From: a virus
Direction: 5' to 3' (one strand)
IMG/VR virus record: IMGVR_UViG_3300036770_004060
Span: 1,120 to 65,119 of that record
Length of the DNA: 64,000 nt
The notes under the pieces were generated by a model. The model was not told where the DNA came from and did not search any database. It saw only the letters and a program-made list of their open reading frames with translations. Shown here one piece after another: positions 1 to 10,605 of this stretch. How positions within the stretch are numbered: position 1 is the stretch's first letter; every line of letters starts with the position of its first letter. The translations under genes and the position numbers were made by a program.

Positions 1-2
1 AA

Positions 3-212
3 GTAGATGGTGGATTCTGTTTAGACGTGAAAGAAGATTGTATTTTAAATCACACTTTAAAAGAAAATCTAAATGGTATATCTATGGAAGAAGTAAAGGT
101 TCTTCCTAAAAAAGACCACAGACATTCAATAATTAGAAAAGGATTGTACTATGTTGGAATACAGCAGAAATTTGACCCATTAGAGGGAATTAAAAAAAGA
201 GTTATTGATTAG
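3..212 (+). CDS. 3' part of a conserved phage hypothetical protein (open at the window edge)
   Basis: Frame is open from position 3 (VDGGFCLDVKEDC...). C-terminus H-x-x-I...G-x-Y-x-V..QQKFDP...KRVID resembles a widespread uncharacterised phage family ending QREYDP..RRVxD. Confidence 0.55.
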   Translation, partial: VDGGFCLDVKEDCILNHTLKENLNGISMEEVKVLPKKDHRHSIIRKGLYYVGIQQKFDPLEGIKKRVID

Positions 213-236
213 TGAATCAATCGGGTGTCGTATAAT

Positions 237-357
237 GGTCGTGTGGTAGAATGGTAAATATAGCAGGTATTCTGTTTTCAGTGATAGGTAGCACCTATTT
301 GAAACTATTTCGAGATAGTTCTGAAGTGTGTAGGGTTCGATTCCCTGCTATTACCCA
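237..357 (+). tRNA. tRNA-like or degenerate tRNA element, isotype not assignable
   Basis: D-arm-like TGGTAGAATGGTAAATAT, T-arm TAGGG-TTCGATT-CCCTG and 3' ACCCA. The middle is too long (121 nt total) and holds two extra hairpins; no canonical anticodon arm. Confidence 0.35.
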
Positions 358-376
358 TATAAATTAGACATATATT

Positions 377-856
377 ATGAGTTATAAAATAAATGTTTAT
401 TTTACAATTGAAGACATTAATGCTTCTTTTAATTTTTTAGAGAAAAATAAAATAGGCTCTACTTTTACGGTTGATTTTATGAAGGGCGTTAAAAAGGAAT
501 TATCTGATCTTGAATACCTCCTAAGATGGAGTTTAAATAGGAATATGAATTATTCTAATGGTGTAAACATATTAACTAATTCACCGTTAGTTATTTGCTA
601 TATAAACAATATGCTATACGCTTTTAAAAAAGGAAATAAAGCAAGTGATGAGATAAAATCTAAAATTTCAAAAATAGTTCCTAAAAATAATTGGATTGAC
701 CCAGACAATTTTAGTGCTCATGAAATTAAGAATGGTAAAGAAAAAAATATTTTTAATAGAAAAACTGGCTTAATAAAAGAAGTATCAATTGATATAATTT
801 CAATTAAAATAATAGAAGATTTTAGAGAAATGGCAATGTGTACAATTACTCCTTAA
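377..856 (+). CDS. hypothetical protein (159 aa)
   Basis: ATG ORF with A-rich upstream region; converges on and overlaps the 2939-aa gene by 11 nt. Confidence 0.6.
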   Translation: MSYKINVYFTIEDINASFNFLEKNKIGSTFTVDFMKGVKKELSDLEYLLRWSLNRNMNYSNGVNILTNSPLVICYINNMLYAFKKGNKASDEIKSKISKIVPKNNWIDPDNFSAHEIKNGKEKNIFNRKTGLIKEVSIDIISIKIIEDFREMAMCTITP

Positions 857-3800
857 TCTCAATGTCTAGTTTTTCCTTGTCGTTTCCATACTTATTAAGT
901 ATCTTTCCTTTAGCGTATTCAGTTGAAATTTCTTGTAAATATTTCATATCCTTTTCTAAAACCTCTCTAGTCTTAATTGAGTTTAGATATTCGTAGTTTT
1001 CTAAAACAAGTTTGTTATAATATTCTTCTTGAATCTTTTGAGCCTCATCTTGAATACTATTATCCTTAGAGAATACTTTTAGTTTTAAATCGGGCGCACC
1101 ATCTATCTTTATGGTATAAATAAATCCTTTTTCAGAATCCTCACGCATCTCACTAAAATATCTTTTGCTTATATTAAGACCTCTATCAAACTTATACAAC
1201 AATCCAACTGTTTTAAGTTTTTCTGAACGTTTTTCTCCTATATCAAAAGTCTCTTTAAGGAATTTAGAGTAGTTGGTTTCTTTAGGATATATATTTCCAA
1301 ATACATCTGTTTTATTCTTGTCAATTATTCCATCAAGTCCATAGAAGTTTTTAGCAAATCCTTTTACTAATGAATAGTCTCCCTGAGTATCTTTTTCGGG
1401 TTTATCGTACGCCGATTCAATAGCAACGAATATGTCTTGAAGAATAGCAGGGGCAAGTATAGGTTTAGTCTTATCTCTTAACACACCAGTTCCAACAGAA
1501 GCCCATTTTATTAATGGGTTATCGTCGGGTGCTTGGTTGTAATCCCTAATCATTCTACTTAAAGATGTAAGGCTATTATCAGTAAACACTCTTAAATTGT
1601 TCCCTAGTGCTTTTACAAATCCTTTAGTATTTGGAGCAGATGAAAAATTTTCCATTCTTCTTTCTCCCATTTCTTCATGCAGGTAGTCCGTAAATCCTGT
1701 AATATTTGCAAGTACAGACTGAATAGATGGAGATAACTCAAAATTTATATAATTATCAAATTTGCCGTCTTTGTCTTTTGTAAATGATATTGATAGTGGT
1801 TGGTAGTTTTCGTGAGCTTTTTCGTTTTCTTTAAAATTAACACCAAAACCTCTAATGTCTAGTGGTCTATCTTTTCTTAATTTATATTTCTTTTCTTTAT
1901 CATCCCATTCCATCATGAGCATAAGTCCTGCAAGTGCTAACCCTGTAACAACTAAGTTAGAGGTAAGTCGTTGTTTTGCAAGAAGCGGATTAGCAATTTG
2001 TTTTCCTTTTATATCTCTAATAAACTCTCCAGATACAGGGTCATATCCTATTCCATAATAAGCATCAATTGCTCCAAGTATAGGCATTCCAGTTTTAGAC
2101 TTATTAAAGATGTTTACAGAAAGCCTAAGGAACATAAAAGTTAAGTTAAATAGTAGCTTACTAGACATTACAAAAGCATTGTCATTTTCATTTATTGCAG
2201 TAGTTTTTTGAAGTCTATCTAAGCCATATCCTAAAACCCCATCAGATTTTGCTATCAAGGAAACGTCTTTTGCTAACTGTACACCATGCTCAAAATGAGT
2301 TCCTAATTCATTTTCTTGCAATTCTTGAACTCTAGTTGACAGATATGTTTCTTTAGCGTTAAATCTACTTCCTGTAATGCCTAGCTCATCCCTAATTAAC
2401 TCAACAACTTTATTTTCTTTTTCAGCATCAGAGTATTCAGGGTAATTATAGGTAACAAATTCTTTTATTCTATCTTCTATTTGTTTAAAGTCTTCTTCCG
2501 CTATTTTTCTAAACTCATCATTTAATAGGTAAGCAGGTTCTTTTCCTGCTTTAACAGCTTCCGTAGTTCCAATTACTTGTCCTGCAATAACATTCATAAA
2601 CGTATCTAAAGCCCCAAGTGCATGGACACCTTTAAACGTTTGACCAAAAGTTTTGTACGCAACTTTACTATATTCTTTATTATTAAACGCTTCACCTAGA
2701 CCTGATAATAAAGCATTTTCAATAGGATTTTTCATTTGGTTTCCTCTTGAATCAACGGAAGATTGACCCTCACGAAGTCCAGATTCTCCGTAAAAATTAA
2801 ATCCTGTTTTTCTAGCTATTGCTGCTTTCCTAAATGCTGTTGGTATTGCTTTATACCCTGCATAAATTCCTTTAGCATAAGCGTTAACATCTCTTTTATA
2901 CGTTTTATCTTTTATATTAGATATAGACGGAACAAGATTATTCATTGCGTAAATAAGCGAACCCCATCCAGCCTCTCCATAACCACCAATACCAGCTTTA
3001 AAGAATGTTACTATGTTTGATAAAACAGCCGTGTACATTGTAGATTCTATTGTTCTTGCAACTTTATAAAAGTTCCATGGTTTAGCTGTTTCAAGAAGCG
3101 TGTTAATCTGCATTTGAAGCCTTTGTATTTGATTCTTCTTATAGATGTTCAACACTTTAGGTTTCCCATTAGTAGTTTCTATTTCTTTAGACAAATCCTC
3201 CTCCAGTTTAAACATCTGCCAAGAAATACTATCTATTTTTTTACGAATATCTGATGGTATGTTTCTAAAACCAAAACGCTTTTCAAAAGCACGGGTAAAC
3301 TCATTGGCATCTGTTATACCGCCAAGTTTAATCATATTCATAATCTTGTTTCTTTCACGTCTATTATTTGATTCGTCTATACGTTTTTGTAATTCTAAAG
3401 ATTCTTCTTCACTTATAGTTCCTCTTATTTTCTTTTCTTTTAAGGATTCGGTTGTTAATCTTCCATCTTGTTTCTTAATAGCATCAATTATTTTTAGTTG
3501 CTCTTTAGCTACAAGTTTTTCTATGCTTTCATTAATTTTATCCTCATATTCTTTAGCTATATCTTCTGCCATTTCTCTAGGAATATTCGTTTTACTGATT
3601 ATGGCATCTACAAGCGTTCTAGTATATTGACTTCTACCCATATAGTGGTCTTTAACAGCTTTTTTTATAGCCTCTGTGGTAATTATCCTCTCTTTGTCGA
3701 TAGCTTTCTGTAAAACCTCTATTTCATCAGATACCTTTTTGACCCTTTCGTTTAATTTTGGTGTATATTCTCCAACACCTTTTCTTAATCCCTCAAGTAT

Positions 3801-6800
3801 TTTTTTAAGGTTTTGTATTTTTTCGAGTTCGGCTATTCTTGCTTTGACCTCTTTTAGTTCAGTAGAATCCTCTGTTCTATTTTGAGTTCTTTTGTTTCTT
3901 TGTTTACCTTTTTCCAAATCAGCTAAGATAGATTTATACTTAGCAAGTCTTTCTTTTTGACTTTTAGCTTTGTCTAAATCAGATTGATATATAGCTTCAA
4001 ATTCAGGGTTTTCTCTAGCGATAGCAAGTATATTGTCTCTGTTTAAGGGATTGCCATCAACTAAATTTTTGTAAATTTCTTCTACAATCTGCATAGCATT
4101 TAAAACTCCAAGTTGAACGTGATAAGCAACTAAATAACCTACATTCTCAATGATTCTTGTAGGAAATCCATTAGCAGACAACTCGCCACTTCCTCCTTTC
4201 TTAAATTCTTCTTTTAGCCTTTTATATGTTTCTTCTATTTTTATTTTTAAATCTGCTATTCTTGCTTCTCTTTGAGCATTTGTTTCTTTAGGCTTTTTAG
4301 GATATTTCTTATTTGAAACTTTTTTAATTGCCTCATCAATAACTTCATCTGTGAATGCTTCATTAACTAAACTACCCAAAGCATTCAACACTCCATATCT
4401 TCCGCTATTAATATGTTCCTGTATTCTTTCTCTAATTTTTCTATTAGGGTCAAATCCGTAAACTTTCTCCATCGAAAATACAGTAGGATATTTCTGATAA
4501 ACTTTATTTAGGTAGGAATTTATTTGTCCCTCCTGTGTTCTTTCAAGTGAAACTTCTGCCAAGAAACCCATTGCACTTTCAAGTTCTGTTTCCGCAATTT
4601 GTAAAAGTTCATTATCATTTGTTCTAATTGCCTTATCTTTTAAAACCATGGCATCATTTGTTATTCTTGCTGAACCCTCCATAATAACAGCAGTCTTAAT
4701 ATCTCTACTAACTTCGCTTGTTTGGGCAGACCTAACATATAATATAGCCTCTAATGGCGTTCTTAGTGTAAGGAACTCGTCTATTTTTTTAGAAAACTCT
4801 TCTTGATTTTGGACAGTATAAGTACCCATATCCTTAATCTTCTTAGCCATTGCTTCGTCCTGCATTTCGGATGCTCTAAACGCTGCTGAACTATATTTTT
4901 TACCATCTTCTAGTGCTTTTTCTGCTTCACCCTTTTTAGACATATTTTCAGGTACTATTCTAGGTGGAATATTCTGTACAGGTTCTGTTTGTTTTTCAGC
5001 TTTAGGGGTTTCCATTGTTGTACCCTCACTAACTGGATTAGATTCTTCTACTAATTGCTCTACAGGCTCATCACTAACAACATCTTCTTGGCTTGGTAGG
5101 TTAGCTAAAACTTGTTTCTCAATATTTTCTTTACTAGAATCAGACAAACTATTATAAAATTCATTCGTCTTTAAATATTTTTTTACAGCACCAACTATAT
5201 CACCTGTTTTTTCTACCATGTCGGCAACCTTTTCAACTAAATCATTCCAATCAATACCAAATTTCACAAATTCGATTTCTTCTCCCGTTAAAGGATTAAT
5301 CATTTTTGGTTTATCTGTTTTTAATTTACGTATATTATTAGCAAATTTATCAAATACATTTGGAGCGGTTTCATTTACCTGTTCTTGTGCTTCCAAAATT
5401 CCACTTGTCGAAGCCTCCTCTGTGCTTCCTGCTTGGATAGGTTCTCCTTTGATAGTCTTTTCCCCTCCTTGCTCACCACTTGATATCCCTGTTTGGTTTT
5501 CTTTATCATATTCTTCTTGTTTTAAATTTTGCTCATTTTTTAAAATAAGAGGTTCGCTTATTTTAATTTTACCCTCTTTTTTAAAATAAGATTCTACATA
5601 AGAAGTTACTTTTTCAGATGGATTCTGCATTATCATATCCGATAATTCTTTTTTATCCATTTTAAGAACATCTTCTTCCGTATAAACTTTATTATTTTGG
5701 TCTATATAAGCTGTATCTAAATCTTCATTTAATAAAATTTCAGGACTTGCCTCTCCACTTCTTAAATTATTATCTTCTACTTGTTTATTAGATAGTAATT
5801 CTTTTTCTAAATAAAAATCAAGTAACGAATTTGGAACTGTAACTTCAAATATATCATCTCCATTCTCATTTTTAGTAGGTTTAACCCTATCTTTAAAGTA
5901 TTCGGGTATTTCGGCTTCTGTTTCATATTCAAACGAAGAAACATCTCCATTATATACATCTTTTCTAAGTTGTTCTTTACTTGGCTCTTTTATGGTAGAT
6001 TCCTGTTCTGTTGTTCCTTTAATATTTACTTCTTTACCTAAAAATTGAGCAGTCTTTGGATTCATTCTTAAACCCTCTTGTTTAGGCATTTGAATAATCT
6101 TTGTATCTTCCTCTGGCGATACATCTTCAACAATAGGTTTAACTTCTTCTATCTTATCTTCTGATACTGTATCACTTACAGTTTCTTTTTCTTTTGATTC
6201 AGGAGGCGTTTCTTTAACAACTTCTTCTTTATCTAAATTATCTGATGCTTCTAAGTTATCAGCAACTTCTTTAGCTACTTCGTCTGCCTCAACGTTAGCT
6301 TCATCTACATCATTACGTACTTCTTCAACAATATCCTTTATCGTTTCTTTTTGTTTAGGCTCTAAATTATCGTAAGCATCTTGTGTTGATTGCGGAAGTG
6401 CCAGTCCAAATGCACCACCAAGAATAAACGAAGAAACAACAAGTTGCATAACATCGTCAATATCCTTATATCTAGTTGCTACTTCATCCCAAAAACCTCT
6501 AGTTCTTAGTTCATCATTATAAATTGATGTTAGTTCTTGTAAACTTTCTTCAATCACCTCACCACCCCCTCTAGCACCTACATTTTTAATCACCTGAACA
6601 GCTTTTGGTGTACTTTGACCAAAGATTGAAGCCGTAAGCCCTAATGCTTTTTTTGTTTTACCGTATAGCCCTATAATAGCTTTTGAACCAGTAAGTCCAA
6701 CAAAACCATTCGCAAACTTTAATTGCTTATTTGGGTCGTTAAAAAACATTCCAGCAACTTCAAATTGCGCCCCCTGTTTTACACCCTCTTTTATAAACCT

Positions 6801-9665
6801 ACCAAACTTTGTACTATTAATGTAATAATCATCAAAAGATTTTACTACTGTTTCTAGTCCTTTAATGGCTTTTTTAGTATCCATTGCTCTATCGGTAAGG
6901 CTTATTAATCTAACCCCATTTCTAAGAAAAGACATTGGTGCACTGATTGATGGAGCAGATAAAACAATCTTACCTACTATTGCAGTAGAAAGTCCTATCA
7001 TTTCTCCAAATCCCTCTCTAGTTGCCCAGTGGGTTTCTCCTCTGTTTTTTAAGTCCTCTAGTTTAGTATATGCCGTTAAATCTTTCTTATCAAATCCCTG
7101 TTCACCTAAAGTACCTCTTATTATTCTTGCCTTTTCTGTTTCTGAAATATAACCATCTGCTCCTGCTGTTGATGGTTTCAATTCTTTCCCTATTCCGTTA
7201 ACAACAGAATCCCAAAATCCAGCACTTTCAGAGGTAAACCCTAAGTCGTTGTTTAAGTAAAGTGATTTTAAAGAATTTAAAGTTTTTACCCTTTTAAAGT
7301 ATTCTTTTTCCTCATCGCTTAATGCTATACCTAAACTATTCCAGTCTAAGGCATCACGAAGTCTTGCTCCGTATTTATCCCATAAGTTGGTATCTATTTC
7401 GTACTTACTAGCAAACTTTTTAGTGTCTTTTTCGTAATCGCTATACCAAATATCAAACTTAGTTTTAGGGTCTAGTCCTTTAGGTAAATTATTCCAAATA
7501 GCTTTAGCTGTTGGTGTTGAAAAGTCATTAAACAGTTTAGCCGTTTCTTTAGGTTCTGTTAAGAAAAAATTTCGTTTGTTTTCTTTAAGTTTAGTTTTTT
7601 CACCAATTAAAAAATCTCTTTTTTGTTTATAGACATCTAATTTCTCTTTTAAGTCAATAAGGTCTGTAATACTCTCTCCTTTAGTATAATCAAATTTTAA
7701 GTTTTCTATTTTATCTTCAAGTTTTGCTATACCACTATCATAACGTTTGATTTTAGTATCAATTCGTAATATATCATCAGATAAAGTATTATGTACAGAA
7801 TTATCTAAATCATCTATTGTTTTTTGAAATCCAGCTAATTTTTGTTTCACATAAGCTAACTCTTTTTTATCACTTATGTTAACTTTTATTTCTCCATTTT
7901 CAATTTTAATCTTACCGTTATCAATATAATCTTGCATGAAGTTATACATATCAACGTGCATATTGAACTTGTCAAATGTAAACTTATCTGAACTTGTAAG
8001 GTTTGGGTCTTTTCCTAGGTGTCTAATACTATCAATCTTTCTTTCAAGCATAAGTGTTTTAATACTTATACCTCTTTGATTAGCCTCGTTATAATCGTTA
8101 TTGATATTTTGTGAAGTTTCTACAAACTTCTTTATCTCATCGTTTTTAGCTATAATTTTTTTATTATTATCGATAGGGTCTAAAAGTAATTCTTTTACTT
8201 CTTTTTGGTAATCTTTAAGTTGTCCTTGTTGGTCTTTACTTAGAACAACCCCTTGTGAAGCCCCCCAAGAATCTATGTCTTTTTCAGCAAAGTTTTTAGC
8301 CTCATTAAAATCAACAGTTCCTGTTTGTTTAATTATTTTTTTTAATTTTATGTTTGCCTCCTTTTGTTCTTGGAACTTTTTAATTGGGTCTTTAGAAAAA
8401 GATTTAGGACTTACATCCATCCCAATAGCCTTATTTAATGTTGAATAAAAATCCTCGTTAGCAGGATTTAGGGTTGGAAGAACTACTTTTTTTTGACCGA
8501 AAGTTTGCTGATTTCTTAAGAGCTGATTCTTTTTTTTATCGTAAGTTGCGTTTACCTGCGCTTGTTGTTTAGGTGTTCTAGCATACTGTAACTCGTCAAG
8601 TCTTGCCTGTTCAATACTGTTAAACTCATTCTCGTAATACGATTCGTTTCCATTGACACTTATTTCTATCCCTTTTTCTTGTTTAGGAGTAAATAGTGTA
8701 CCTGCAACATCTGTATTATCAACTACTGGAGTTCCATCTGAATAAAAAGACTGTGGTTCTGCTCCAAATCCTACTCTTTGGGGCGCACCAAAACCCTCAT
8801 TGTTTAGTAACTTAAAAGTTGACGATATTTCCTTAATCTCCTTTTGGTTTGGGTGTTTAGTCTTTGTTCCCCATTGCCTGTCAAGAGCGGAAATACTCCC
8901 TATGTTTGTTACCTCGTAATAATCTTCATCACTACCCTTTAATTTCTTCTTCCATTTTCCCGATTCTCTTATGTACTCGTAGTTATTTTCTTTTCCTGAA
9001 CTATCCGTATAAGTATAAATACCATTAAAAGTTTTAGCATTTGTTTTATTCTCTCTATTTAAGGCATCAACAGAACCTTTGTTAGTAATGGTAAACCATT
9101 CTCCGTTACTTCCTTTTACTTTTTTTTGATAAAACCCATTAATAATCCTATACTCATTTTCTGGCTTTGTTGAATAAGATAAAATTTGAGTTTGTGGTTT
9201 AGGTGTTGGCTTTAGTTTTTCAGGAATTATTTGTTTAGGGAAATACGGTTCTACATCTACACCAAAATCATAATCTATTGAATTATTTTTTTCTTCTAAG
9301 TTTACATCTACACCAAAATCGTACTCAATTTCTTCAACTGGCTTTAAGTCAAGTGTTATAGGCTCATCTGCATCAATTTCGTCTAGTGATTGAGTAATCC
9401 CCATAATACTGTCAGCATCAATGTTTAGTTGTTCTTGCTCTGATATTTGTGGAATTGGTGGAACATTAGCTTCTTGCATTAGTGCTTCTTGTTCTGTTGG
9501 AACAGTAGCTACTTGTGCTAATGGTGGTGGTTCTACTGGCGCACTTTCTTGAATAGGTGCTTCAATATCTGCAACATATTGTTCTTGATTGTTTATAGTA
9601 TTATCTTGAAGTTGAAGTGTTTGACCCTCCCCACCTGTTTGAGAATCCATGAAGTTCTTAGCCAT
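846..9665 (-). CDS. giant internal virion / DNA ejection (cargo) protein, 2939 aa
   Basis: Last and largest of three genes downstream of the tail nozzle. Acidic low-complexity N-terminus, long helical/coiled-coil body. Position matches podovirus ejectosome proteins; no DxDxD RNA polymerase motif seen. Confidence 0.65.
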   Translation of the reverse strand: MAKNFMDSQTGGEGQTLQLQDNTINNQEQYVADIEAPIQESAPVEPPPLAQVATVPTEQEALMQEANVPPIPQISEQEQLNIDADSIMGITQSLDEIDADEPITLDLKPVEEIEYDFGVDVNLEEKNNSIDYDFGVDVEPYFPKQIIPEKLKPTPKPQTQILSYSTKPENEYRIINGFYQKKVKGSNGEWFTITNKGSVDALNRENKTNAKTFNGIYTYTDSSGKENNYEYIRESGKWKKKLKGSDEDYYEVTNIGSISALDRQWGTKTKHPNQKEIKEISSTFKLLNNEGFGAPQRVGFGAEPQSFYSDGTPVVDNTDVAGTLFTPKQEKGIEISVNGNESYYENEFNSIEQARLDELQYARTPKQQAQVNATYDKKKNQLLRNQQTFGQKKVVLPTLNPANEDFYSTLNKAIGMDVSPKSFSKDPIKKFQEQKEANIKLKKIIKQTGTVDFNEAKNFAEKDIDSWGASQGVVLSKDQQGQLKDYQKEVKELLLDPIDNNKKIIAKNDEIKKFVETSQNINNDYNEANQRGISIKTLMLERKIDSIRHLGKDPNLTSSDKFTFDKFNMHVDMYNFMQDYIDNGKIKIENGEIKVNISDKKELAYVKQKLAGFQKTIDDLDNSVHNTLSDDILRIDTKIKRYDSGIAKLEDKIENLKFDYTKGESITDLIDLKEKLDVYKQKRDFLIGEKTKLKENKRNFFLTEPKETAKLFNDFSTPTAKAIWNNLPKGLDPKTKFDIWYSDYEKDTKKFASKYEIDTNLWDKYGARLRDALDWNSLGIALSDEEKEYFKRVKTLNSLKSLYLNNDLGFTSESAGFWDSVVNGIGKELKPSTAGADGYISETEKARIIRGTLGEQGFDKKDLTAYTKLEDLKNRGETHWATREGFGEMIGLSTAIVGKIVLSAPSISAPMSFLRNGVRLISLTDRAMDTKKAIKGLETVVKSFDDYYINSTKFGRFIKEGVKQGAQFEVAGMFFNDPNKQLKFANGFVGLTGSKAIIGLYGKTKKALGLTASIFGQSTPKAVQVIKNVGARGGGEVIEESLQELTSIYNDELRTRGFWDEVATRYKDIDDVMQLVVSSFILGGAFGLALPQSTQDAYDNLEPKQKETIKDIVEEVRNDVDEANVEADEVAKEVADNLEASDNLDKEEVVKETPPESKEKETVSDTVSEDKIEEVKPIVEDVSPEEDTKIIQMPKQEGLRMNPKTAQFLGKEVNIKGTTEQESTIKEPSKEQLRKDVYNGDVSSFEYETEAEIPEYFKDRVKPTKNENGDDIFEVTVPNSLLDFYLEKELLSNKQVEDNNLRSGEASPEILLNEDLDTAYIDQNNKVYTEEDVLKMDKKELSDMIMQNPSEKVTSYVESYFKKEGKIKISEPLILKNEQNLKQEEYDKENQTGISSGEQGGEKTIKGEPIQAGSTEEASTSGILEAQEQVNETAPNVFDKFANNIRKLKTDKPKMINPLTGEEIEFVKFGIDWNDLVEKVADMVEKTGDIVGAVKKYLKTNEFYNSLSDSSKENIEKQVLANLPSQEDVVSDEPVEQLVEESNPVSEGTTMETPKAEKQTEPVQNIPPRIVPENMSKKGEAEKALEDGKKYSSAAFRASEMQDEAMAKKIKDMGTYTVQNQEEFSKKIDEFLTLRTPLEAILYVRSAQTSEVSRDIKTAVIMEGSARITNDAMVLKDKAIRTNDNELLQIAETELESAMGFLAEVSLERTQEGQINSYLNKVYQKYPTVFSMEKVYGFDPNRKIRERIQEHINSGRYGVLNALGSLVNEAFTDEVIDEAIKKVSNKKYPKKPKETNAQREARIADLKIKIEETYKRLKEEFKKGGSGELSANGFPTRIIENVGYLVAYHVQLGVLNAMQIVEEIYKNLVDGNPLNRDNILAIARENPEFEAIYQSDLDKAKSQKERLAKYKSILADLEKGKQRNKRTQNRTEDSTELKEVKARIAELEKIQNLKKILEGLRKGVGEYTPKLNERVKKVSDEIEVLQKAIDKERIITTEAIKKAVKDHYMGRSQYTRTLVDAIISKTNIPREMAEDIAKEYEDKINESIEKLVAKEQLKIIDAIKKQDGRLTTESLKEKKIRGTISEEESLELQKRIDESNNRRERNKIMNMIKLGGITDANEFTRAFEKRFGFRNIPSDIRKKIDSISWQMFKLEEDLSKEIETTNGKPKVLNIYKKNQIQRLQMQINTLLETAKPWNFYKVARTIESTMYTAVLSNIVTFFKAGIGGYGEAGWGSLIYAMNNLVPSISNIKDKTYKRDVNAYAKGIYAGYKAIPTAFRKAAIARKTGFNFYGESGLREGQSSVDSRGNQMKNPIENALLSGLGEAFNNKEYSKVAYKTFGQTFKGVHALGALDTFMNVIAGQVIGTTEAVKAGKEPAYLLNDEFRKIAEEDFKQIEDRIKEFVTYNYPEYSDAEKENKVVELIRDELGITGSRFNAKETYLSTRVQELQENELGTHFEHGVQLAKDVSLIAKSDGVLGYGLDRLQKTTAINENDNAFVMSSKLLFNLTFMFLRLSVNIFNKSKTGMPILGAIDAYYGIGYDPVSGEFIRDIKGKQIANPLLAKQRLTSNLVVTGLALAGLMLMMEWDDKEKKYKLRKDRPLDIRGFGVNFKENEKAHENYQPLSISFTKDKDGKFDNYINFELSPSIQSVLANITGFTDYLHEEMGERRMENFSSAPNTKGFVKALGNNLRVFTDNSLTSLSRMIRDYNQAPDDNPLIKWASVGTGVLRDKTKPILAPAILQDIFVAIESAYDKPEKDTQGDYSLVKGFAKNFYGLDGIIDKNKTDVFGNIYPKETNYSKFLKETFDIGEKRSEKLKTVGLLYKFDRGLNISKRYFSEMREDSEKGFIYTIKIDGAPDLKLKVFSKDNSIQDEAQKIQEEYYNKLVLENYEYLNSIKTREVLEKDMKYLQEISTEYAKGKILNKYGNDKEKLDIEIKE
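9252..9320. repeat. 18-bp direct repeat (TACATCTACACCAAAATC x2, 51-bp period) encoding YDFGVDV twice
   Basis: Copies at 9252-9269 and 9303-9320. Confidence 0.9.
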
Positions 9666-9816
9666 CTAACTTTTTCTTGTAAAGATAAAGAAAATACTTA
9701 ATAGTTTTTTGTTGGTTAAGTTAGGGAATCGTTAGGGAAAAATTAAAGTTCCCTAACACATTTAAGAAAATTCTATTTAACATAATATATAATGCAACTA
9801 ATTAAATTTAATTACT

Positions 9817-9824
9817 TATATTTG
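9817..9824 (+). promoter_or_regulatory. Bacteroidota -7 promoter box (TATATTTG) for the KilA-N/endonuclease gene
   Basis: Matches TAnnTTTG, 30 nt upstream of ATG 9854. Confidence 0.6.
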
Positions 9825-9853
9825 TTTGTTTTTTAAACTAAAAAGTATATATT

Positions 9854-10468
9854 ATGATAACAAACAAAGCAAGTCAACGTGCTGATGACAATTTTTTCAA
9901 TGCGACAGAATTATTGAATATTTATAACACAAATAATAGAATTCAAAAATCTATTTCTGAATTCTGGAGTAATAAAAGCACAAAACAAATATACAATAAC
10001 CTCTTGTTAAAATTGAAATTGCCTTATTTACACGAAGCTAAAAGAGGAAAAGGCGGATGTACTTGGATGCAAGAGGATTTATTTTTGGTTTTTTATAATT
10101 GGTTAAATAAAATACCAAATCAAAGCATAACTAGAGATGAGTTGGAGTTTTGTTCTTATATTGAAGAATCTTTTTTTGACATACTTTATTTTGAAAGACA
10201 GAAAAAATTTGAAAACTATTATGTAGATTTATATTGCGATGAGATTAAACTTTGTATTGAATTTGATGAAGAATTTCATAAAAAAAGAATTGAAATTGAT
10301 AATGAAAGGCAAGAATTTATAGAAGAAAAGTATGAGGTGTTTTTCATTAGACACAAGCCCAATGAAAGGTACAGTAAAACTATAAATAAAATTATAAAAT
10401 ATAAACAATCTTACAATTTAGTAAAATGTATAAAAAACAACAAAGTTCCTACAATTGGGTTCTTATAA
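9854..10468 (+). CDS. KilA-N domain plus DUF559/Vsr-like PD-(D/E)XK endonuclease
   Basis: N-terminal FFNATELL...RGKGGCTW...F..WL (KilA-N); C-terminal YYVDLYCDEIKLCIEFDEEFH...DNERQ (DUF559-like). Confidence 0.75.
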   Translation: MITNKASQRADDNFFNATELLNIYNTNNRIQKSISEFWSNKSTKQIYNNLLLKLKLPYLHEAKRGKGGCTWMQEDLFLVFYNWLNKIPNQSITRDELEFCSYIEESFFDILYFERQKKFENYYVDLYCDEIKLCIEFDEEFHKKRIEIDNERQEFIEEKYEVFFIRHKPNERYSKTINKIIKYKQSYNLVKCIKNNKVPTIGFL

Positions 10469-10605
10469 TTCTCGAAGAAAGAAAGGTATAACAAATTACT
10501 AGAATATACTGAAAATTATAAATTAATAAATTAATTGGCGGTAAAAAATAATTTTGATTCTAATTCTTTGTTCACATCAAAATTAACCGAATGATAATTT
10601 ATCAT

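Noticed and set aside
846-9665. Virion RNA polymerase
   Set aside because: No DxDxD catalytic motif (DFDGD or DFDID) found; YDFGVD lies in the low-complexity N-terminus and does not fit.
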